This document shows, piece by piece, positions 58,766 to 64,000 of a stretch of DNA of 64,000 nt; within the stretch, counting starts at the first letter, position 1; each line of letters starts with the position of its first letter. A program made the translations under genes and the position numbers. The notes under the pieces are model-generated. The model searched no databases. It was not told the origin of the DNA and saw only the letters and a list, made by a program, of their open reading frames with translations. Source of the DNA: an uncultured Actinomycetota bacterium (GTDB taxonomy: Bacteria; Actinomycetota; UBA4738; HRBIN12); assembly GCA_963842295.1 (NCBI GenBank), contig CAWJFY010000007.1, positions 18,994-82,993 on the forward strand, written 5' to 3'.

Positions 58766-59697
58766 CCGGCGATCGAGGTCACCAGGGTCGGCATCACGAC
58801 CTCTCCGATCGCGCCCGACTTCAAGGCCCGATCGGCCTCCGTGATGCGGTCGTGGAGCGACACCAGCTGCACCATCGAGAAGTTCTTCGCCTGCTGCTGG
58901 TAGCGGCGGGCTTGCCAGTCGAACCGAAGGCCCGCTTCCTTCGCCACCTGGGCGGGAGGCATCCTTTCCGGGAGGGAGCGCACCTTCAGGAGATCGCGGA
59001 GACGCGCGGCGATCCCCCCGAGGACCATCAGGGCATCGTCTCCGCCTTCCTCGATCGCCCGGAGAGAGCGGATCGCGCCGGGGAGATCCTTCCCGAACGC
59101 CCGGTCGCACAGATCCCAGGTCTTCTGCTCGCCGAGACCGCGGAACTGCTGGGCGACCTCCCGAGGTCCTACGCGCTGGCCGGGGAACGCGTCCTGGAGC
59201 TGCTCGAGCGCCGCGACCAGCTGACCGGGCTCGGTGCCGAGTGTCTCGACGAGGGCACGAGCCCCCGGGATCACCAGATCGAGCTCGCGTGCCTTGGCCC
59301 GTGCCACGAGCCACGGCTCCAGCTCCTTGCGGGCGATGTCGACCTTGCGGACCTCACCGACCGGCTCCACGAGCTTCTGGAGCCCCGCGGGGACCTTCCC
59401 ACGCTCGGCGAGGACGCAGGAGAGGATGAGCGTAGCGTCGGGGTCGGGAGCGTCGAGGTATCGGGCGATCTCCTCGAGGGTCTCCTTGCGGAGTGACTTG
59501 GCGTCGTTGACCAAGAGAGCGCGAGCCTCACCGAAGAGTGAAGGCGTCGCGAGACCCTGGAGCTCGCTCCCCTCCCAGGCCGCGGCATCGACCTCGGTCG
59601 CCTTGGTCTCTCCGAGGATCGCGAGCGCGGCTTCGCGCAGGAGGAATCCGTCCTCGCCCCACAGGAGCGTCACGGGAGGAGGGGATTTCACGCTCAT
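58762..59697 (-). CDS. holA: DNA polymerase III delta subunit
   Basis: ATG at 59697 overlaps the comEC TGA (ATGA). MSVKSPPPVTLLWGEDGFLLREAA...LFGEARALLVNDA delta N-terminal domain. The 652-aa track ORF is an antisense-frame extension. Confidence 0.75.
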   Translation of the reverse strand: MSVKSPPPVTLLWGEDGFLLREAALAILGETKATEVDAAAWEGSELQGLATPSLFGEARALLVNDAKSLRKETLEEIARYLDAPDPDATLILSCVLAERGKVPAGLQKLVEPVGEVRKVDIARKELEPWLVARAKARELDLVIPGARALVETLGTEPGQLVAALEQLQDAFPGQRVGPREVAQQFRGLGEQKTWDLCDRAFGKDLPGAIRSLRAIEEGGDDALMVLGGIAARLRDLLKVRSLPERMPPAQVAKEAGLRFDWQARRYQQQAKNFSMVQLVSLHDRITEADRALKSGAIGEVVMPTLVTSIAG

Positions 59698-62087
59698 CGC
59701 TCGGACTCTACCGTCGGCATGTGACCGACGAAGCTCACGGTCACCATCCCGTCGAGGTCGGTGCGCCAGACCTGGGCGCCGGACGCGGCGATCGCGTCCA
59801 TGATCTCCGCGTTCGGATGCCCGTAGTCGTTGTTCATACCCACGCTCACGACAGCGACCTCGGCGTGGACGGCATCGAACAGCTCGGGAACGGACGTTCC
59901 GCCGCCGTGATGCGGCACCTTGAGAACGTCCACGTCGGAGAGCGCGCCCTCTTCCAGCAGCCACTCCTGCACCGGGATCTCGGCGTCGCCCGTCAGAAGC
60001 ACCGTGTCCTCGTGAAGCGACAGCAGGATCACGATCGAATCGTTGTTCGCATCGGACTCCGTGCCCGTCCAACATCGATCCGGCGACAGCACGTCCAATC
60101 GGATGTCGCCGACTCGAAACACGTCGCCGGCCCGCGGATCCGCAACGGGGATGTCCTCGTCCCGGATCGCGCGATCGAGCTCCCTCTGCGCCGGCGATCC
60201 GTCGGAACACCCCGGCTGGAGCAACACCCCCACCGGGATGCGCGAGAGCACGGTCGGAAGCCCCGCGACATGATCGGCGTGCGGGTGCGTCGCGATGACC
60301 ATGTCGAGTCGTTTCACGCCGAGTGCCGCGAGCTGGGTGGCGACGGTTCGCTCCTCGGGTCCCCCATCGACGAGGATCGTGGCACCTGCCGGGCTCGTGA
60401 CGAGGATCGAGTCGCCCTGGCCGATATCGAGGACGCGGATCGTGAGCCCTGCCGGCGGACCGCTTCCCAGCGCCGACGCCCAGACGACCACGGGGAGGCA
60501 CGCGAGGCTGAGGACGGTCGCCGTCCGAGGCGGACGCCATCCGGTCCGGATCCAGACGGTGATCGCGACCACGAGCACGGAGCCTCCCAGCAGCACGAAC
60601 GGTCCGCCCTTCGCCGAGAGGTACCCGACCGGCGCTTTGCCGAGGTGGTCGGCGATCAGCTCGAGGGCGCGCATCGGCACCAACGCGACCGCCCCGAGTG
60701 CCTTGCCGAGGGGTAGCCACACGAGCCCCGCGCCGGCCGCCACCGCTCCGAGCAGGAGCGACGGCGCAACGAGTGGGAAGGCCGCGAGGTTCGCGGGGAG
60801 CGTCACGAGAGGGACCTCGTCGAAGTAGAACAGGAGCACGGGAGTGACCCCGAGCTGCGCGGAAAGCGTGGCGCCCGCCGCCGCAGCCACCGGGCGTGGG
60901 AGGAAGCGGCCGGCACGATCTGCGAGTGTCGAGGCGAGCGCGACCATCCCCGCGGTCGCGGTCACCGAGAGCTGGAAACCGACCGACCAGGCGAGCCAGG
61001 GATCGACGACGAGAAGGCTGAGCACGGCGGCAGCGAGGATCGAGGCTGTCGTGCGGGGTCGGCCGATGAGCACGCCCACCAACGCCAGGCCCGCCATCAC
61101 TCCTGCTCGGAGCACCGATGGCTCAGCGCCCGTGAGGACCGTAAAGAAGGCGACCGCGCCGAAGCTCAGGGCGAACTTCGGCCATCGCGAGAGCCGAAGG
61201 AGCGCGGTCGCGGCCAGCACCGGCACGAGCACCATCGCCACGTTCCCGCCCGAGACGACGAGGAGGTGACTCAGGCCCGATGCTCGGAAGTCTCGCTCGA
61301 GGCCGGGGTCCAGCTTCGAGTCGTCGCCCAGGAGGAGCCCGAGGAGCAGGCCGGCCTCGGTGGGCGGGAAGACGCGCTCTATCGAACGGCCCGCGATCTC
61401 CCTGGCCGACTGGGTCGTCCGGACGAATGGACTGAGGGACGGCCCGAGGCGGGTGAACACGTCGAGCCCGAGCTGCGCGGCGATGCCCCTGTGGCGGAGG
61501 ACCTCCGCGAACCCCGGATCGTCGGGGACTCGGAGGACGCCCTCGAGCCGGACGCGGTCCCCGCGCCGCGCGCGAGGGAGGTCCTCGTCGCCGCTGACCC
61601 AGACCAGAGAACGGAGCGTGGCGGCGCCGTCCGCCCAGTCGATCCGACGGACCTGCGCGATCGCCGACCAGCCGAACGTCGCCTCCGAGGGATCGGTCTG
61701 CAGGACGGCCTCGATCGTCACGCGCCGTGGCGCGAGCCGAGCAAGGAGCGAGGACTCCAGGCCGCGGTGGTGGATGCCGCTCCACCCCATCGCGAGCGCG
61801 AGGACGCCGACGATCGTCAAGAGAAGCGTCGCGGCCGGAGAGCCGACGCCCGTCGGGCGCGCGGCGGCGACGGCTCGCACGGCAGCCGGCTCCTGAGGGA
61901 CGAGGCGCGCTCGGGCGAGCGGACCCGGGCTTCGAGCCGCGCTCCCACCGGCGAACCACGCCGAGATGAGGCTCGCCAGCCCGAGGCCCAGCAGCGACAC
62001 CGGAGGAACCCGCAGCGGGATCTCCGGCCAGACCATGAGACCGGAGGCGAACGCCGTGGCAGCCACGGGCAGCACCCAGGACCCCAC
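59694..62087 (-). CDS. comEC: ComEC/Rec2-family DNA internalisation channel protein (competence domain + metallo-beta-lactamase domain)
   Basis: Multi-TM competence domain; C-terminal MBL motif MVIATHPHADHVAG. Confidence 0.8.
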   Translation of the reverse strand: MGSWVLPVAATAFASGLMVWPEIPLRVPPVSLLGLGLASLISAWFAGGSAARSPGPLARARLVPQEPAAVRAVAAARPTGVGSPAATLLLTIVGVLALAMGWSGIHHRGLESSLLARLAPRRVTIEAVLQTDPSEATFGWSAIAQVRRIDWADGAATLRSLVWVSGDEDLPRARRGDRVRLEGVLRVPDDPGFAEVLRHRGIAAQLGLDVFTRLGPSLSPFVRTTQSAREIAGRSIERVFPPTEAGLLLGLLLGDDSKLDPGLERDFRASGLSHLLVVSGGNVAMVLVPVLAATALLRLSRWPKFALSFGAVAFFTVLTGAEPSVLRAGVMAGLALVGVLIGRPRTTASILAAAVLSLLVVDPWLAWSVGFQLSVTATAGMVALASTLADRAGRFLPRPVAAAAGATLSAQLGVTPVLLFYFDEVPLVTLPANLAAFPLVAPSLLLGAVAAGAGLVWLPLGKALGAVALVPMRALELIADHLGKAPVGYLSAKGGPFVLLGGSVLVVAITVWIRTGWRPPRTATVLSLACLPVVVWASALGSGPPAGLTIRVLDIGQGDSILVTSPAGATILVDGGPEERTVATQLAALGVKRLDMVIATHPHADHVAGLPTVLSRIPVGVLLQPGCSDGSPAQRELDRAIRDEDIPVADPRAGDVFRVGDIRLDVLSPDRCWTGTESDANNDSIVILLSLHEDTVLLTGDAEIPVQEWLLEEGALSDVDVLKVPHHGGGTSVPELFDAVHAEVAVVSVGMNNDYGHPNAEIMDAIAASGAQVWRTDLDGMVTVSFVGHMPTVESER

Positions 62088-62096
62088 GGATCGCCC

Positions 62097-62705
62097 TCAG
62101 ACCGTGACCTGGTCGCGGATCTCCTCGAGCGTCGCTGGACCGATGCCGCTCACGTCCATCAGGTCCTCGACCGAAGCGAAGGGCCCGTTCTGCTCCCGGT
62201 ACTCGACGATGGTGGCGGCGAGCACCTCCCCGATCCCCGACAGGGTCTCGAGCTCTGTCTCCGAGGCCGAGTTGATGTTGATGAGGCCGCTCGTCGATCC
62301 AGGCATCGAGCCGCCCGGCACGCCCGCTCCCGCTGGCCCGGCCTTCGGCACAAGGATCTGGGTTCCGTCCGCGAGCGGCGCCGCGAGGTTCAGGAGGCTC
62401 AGGTCCGCCTTCAAAAGAGATCCGCCCGCGCGCTCGATCGCATCGATCACGCGATCTCCTTCGGCGAACTCGTACACACCCGGTTGGCGGACCGCGCCGG
62501 CGACGTCGACGATGAGGGTCACCGATGGGCTCGGCGACGAGGAAACCTGCGGGGCGTCGCCGATCCCCGCCTCTGCGATCGTCACCGGCTTGGGCAGCGA
62601 ACGGGCATACCAGAGCCCGGCGCCGCCCAGCACCGCCACCAGGACGACGATCAGCCCGGCGATCTCCCCGCGCGAGAGCATGTCCAGGCGTTCCCGGAAC
62701 GACAT
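62097..62705 (-). CDS. comEA: ComEA-family DNA-binding protein (helix-hairpin-helix)
   Basis: N-terminal TM; C-terminal tandem HhH (INSASETELETLSGIGEVLAATIVEYREQNGPFASVEDLMDVSGIGPATLEEI). Confidence 0.8.
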   Translation of the reverse strand: MSFRERLDMLSRGEIAGLIVVLVAVLGGAGLWYARSLPKPVTIAEAGIGDAPQVSSSPSPSVTLIVDVAGAVRQPGVYEFAEGDRVIDAIERAGGSLLKADLSLLNLAAPLADGTQILVPKAGPAGAGVPGGSMPGSTSGLININSASETELETLSGIGEVLAATIVEYREQNGPFASVEDLMDVSGIGPATLEEIRDQVTV

Positions 62706-62750
62706 GCGCGCGACGCTAGAACGGCTCCGCTTCAGATGCAGTGAGCTACG

Positions 62751-64000
62751 TCACGTGGAAACGAAGTCCTCGATGCGCAAACCCGCCGCGATCGCCTCCA
62801 CGGTCGCAGATGCCCCGTAGATGTTGGCTGATACACGGCCATCCGCGAGACAGGCGGAACCGTATGCTCCGGAGACTTCGGTCCCCGAACCCTCACTGCA
62901 CCGCTCGAGCCAAAGGAAGACGGAGGGCTCGAGCGTGGAACCGAACCCGAGCATCGAGCCCTCGCCTTCGCCGCTCTCCTTCGACAGGGCGATCGGGCCC
63001 GATGTCTCTGCGACCGGGAAGCCCGCATCGGTCTCGTGGATCTCGAGGCTTCTCGCGATCTCTCCAGCCTGGCCCGACTCCTCGAGCGCCACGAGCACGG
63101 TCCATGACGGCAGCCCGTACCTCAGCCAGTGCCCCTGTGGCAGCCGTCGTCGCTCGGACCACTCGTCCGACATCTTCCAGATCTCGATGCTCCGGTACGA
63201 CGGAACGGATCCGACGGGTTCGGTACCGTCGACGTACTCCGCGATCGAGGCCTGCCGTTCGTGAAGGAACACGATGGGGAAGCGGGGCGGCGGATCGCTC
63301 CGCCACAGATAGGAGACCTCGGGCTGGATGCCGAGCGCCGCGAGATCCAGAGCGGGCGGGTAGACGAGGGTGGCGGAGGTCCCGTCCGGGAACACGACCG
63401 GCATCCGGATGAGATCTCCGTCGCCCTCAATCCTCGGGACGAAAGGCTCGGGCTCAAGGACCTCTCCCCGAGTATCGGGACGCAGGCCCATCGGTGGGTT
63501 GTACGCGAACATCCGCCGCTCCATCGGTTGGAGTTCCAGCCCGTACAGGTGGGACTGGACCAGCACGACGTCTCCGGCCACGGCGGATTCGATCACGCGG
63601 CAGCAGCCGCCTCGCAGATCAGGGAGCGGGATCTGATCCCGGTGCCACCTGTCCTCGTCGGGCGAGAACACGATGGTCTGGCCGCAGAAATCGCCGAACA
63701 CGATTCGGGCGGTCGCGACACTCTTCGGGTAGCACTCGGAGAAGTCGAGAGGCGTGTCCGGGAGCGATCCCCACGAGTTGGTCACGGGATCGTAGGCCGC
63801 GGTCGCCTGGTCGTAGTCCCACGCGATCATCTCGCCGTCGAGCCACGATGCCGTCACTGCCTGCGGAGACAGTTCAGAGGACGGAAGCTCTCGCCAGGCG
63901 TTCGTCGCCGGGTCATACGCGATCCCGATGGCGGTGTCCGTGTCGGCACGGTTGTTCCCGTCGAGGGCGGCCCCGAAGACGATCATCTCCTCGCCCGTCC
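62751..64000 (-). CDS. Hypothetical protein, probably partial (reading frame stays open to the window end)
   Basis: 411-aa ORF from M at 63986; the same frame has no stop up to position 64000, so the N-terminus may lie beyond the window. Trp/Asp-rich beta-type segments; no recognisable motif. Confidence 0.4.
   Translation of the reverse strand, partial: TGEEMIVFGAALDGNNRADTDTAIGIAYDPATNAWRELPSSELSPQAVTASWLDGEMIAWDYDQATAAYDPVTNSWGSLPDTPLDFSECYPKSVATARIVFGDFCGQTIVFSPDEDRWHRDQIPLPDLRGGCCRVIESAVAGDVVLVQSHLYGLELQPMERRMFAYNPPMGLRPDTRGEVLEPEPFVPRIEGDGDLIRMPVVFPDGTSATLVYPPALDLAALGIQPEVSYLWRSDPPPRFPIVFLHERQASIAEYVDGTEPVGSVPSYRSIEIWKMSDEWSERRRLPQGHWLRYGLPSWTVLVALEESGQAGEIARSLEIHETDAGFPVAETSGPIALSKESGEGEGSMLGFGSTLEPSVFLWLERCSEGSGTEVSGAYGSACLADGRVSANIYGASATVEAIAAGLRIEDFVST

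Noticed and set aside
59698-60720. Upstream 341 aa of ORF 58762..60720
   Set aside because: Alternate frame across comEC. holA begins at the ATG at 59697.
1-64000. CRISPR arrays, IS elements, integrases, phage genes
   Set aside because: No spaced direct-repeat array, no transposase/integrase-like ORF, and no low-GC island flanked by repeats. The only tandem repeat is the in-gene 2 x 90 bp coding repeat at 18006-18185.

Overview
Very GC-rich, actinobacterial-type chromosomal segment, gene-dense and mostly minus-strand. A conserved housekeeping backbone is present (hrcA-dnaJ-HIT-phoH-ybeY-corC-cdd-era ... recO-uppS; lepA-hemW; comEA-comEC-holA with rpsT; dgt-dnaG-sigA; glyQS; ppdK; deoC; one tRNA-Asn). 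Accessory islands are interleaved: (i) a cell-surface polysaccharide locus at the 5' end (GT4 glycosyltransferase, Wzx flippase with a frameshift, an unusual nucleotidyltransferase-like + thymidylate-kinase-like fusion protein, Wzc tyrosine kinase/co-polymerase, Ugd, UDP-xylose synthase); (ii) a sensor kinase with two tandem NarL-type response regulators and an XRE regulator; (iii) a secreted-protein cluster (beta-propeller protein, Nei DNA glycosylase, RTX-like calcium-binding repeat protein, Pro/Ser-rich tandem-repeat surface protein); (iv) two Cys-type sulfatases, an orphan Flp pilin, an ECF sigma/anti-sigma pair, a cupredoxin lipoprotein and an aldehyde-dehydrogenase pair. No CRISPR array, transposase, integrase or prophage signature was seen. 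Many large ORFs in the track are antisense, Arg-rich artefacts of the high GC and were discarded. Several genes carry apparent frameshifts (wzx, hemW x3, possibly a lipoprotein). Two regulatory genes lack an in-frame canonical start codon. These are either real lesions or unusual initiation, or assembly indels; the sequence alone cannot decide.
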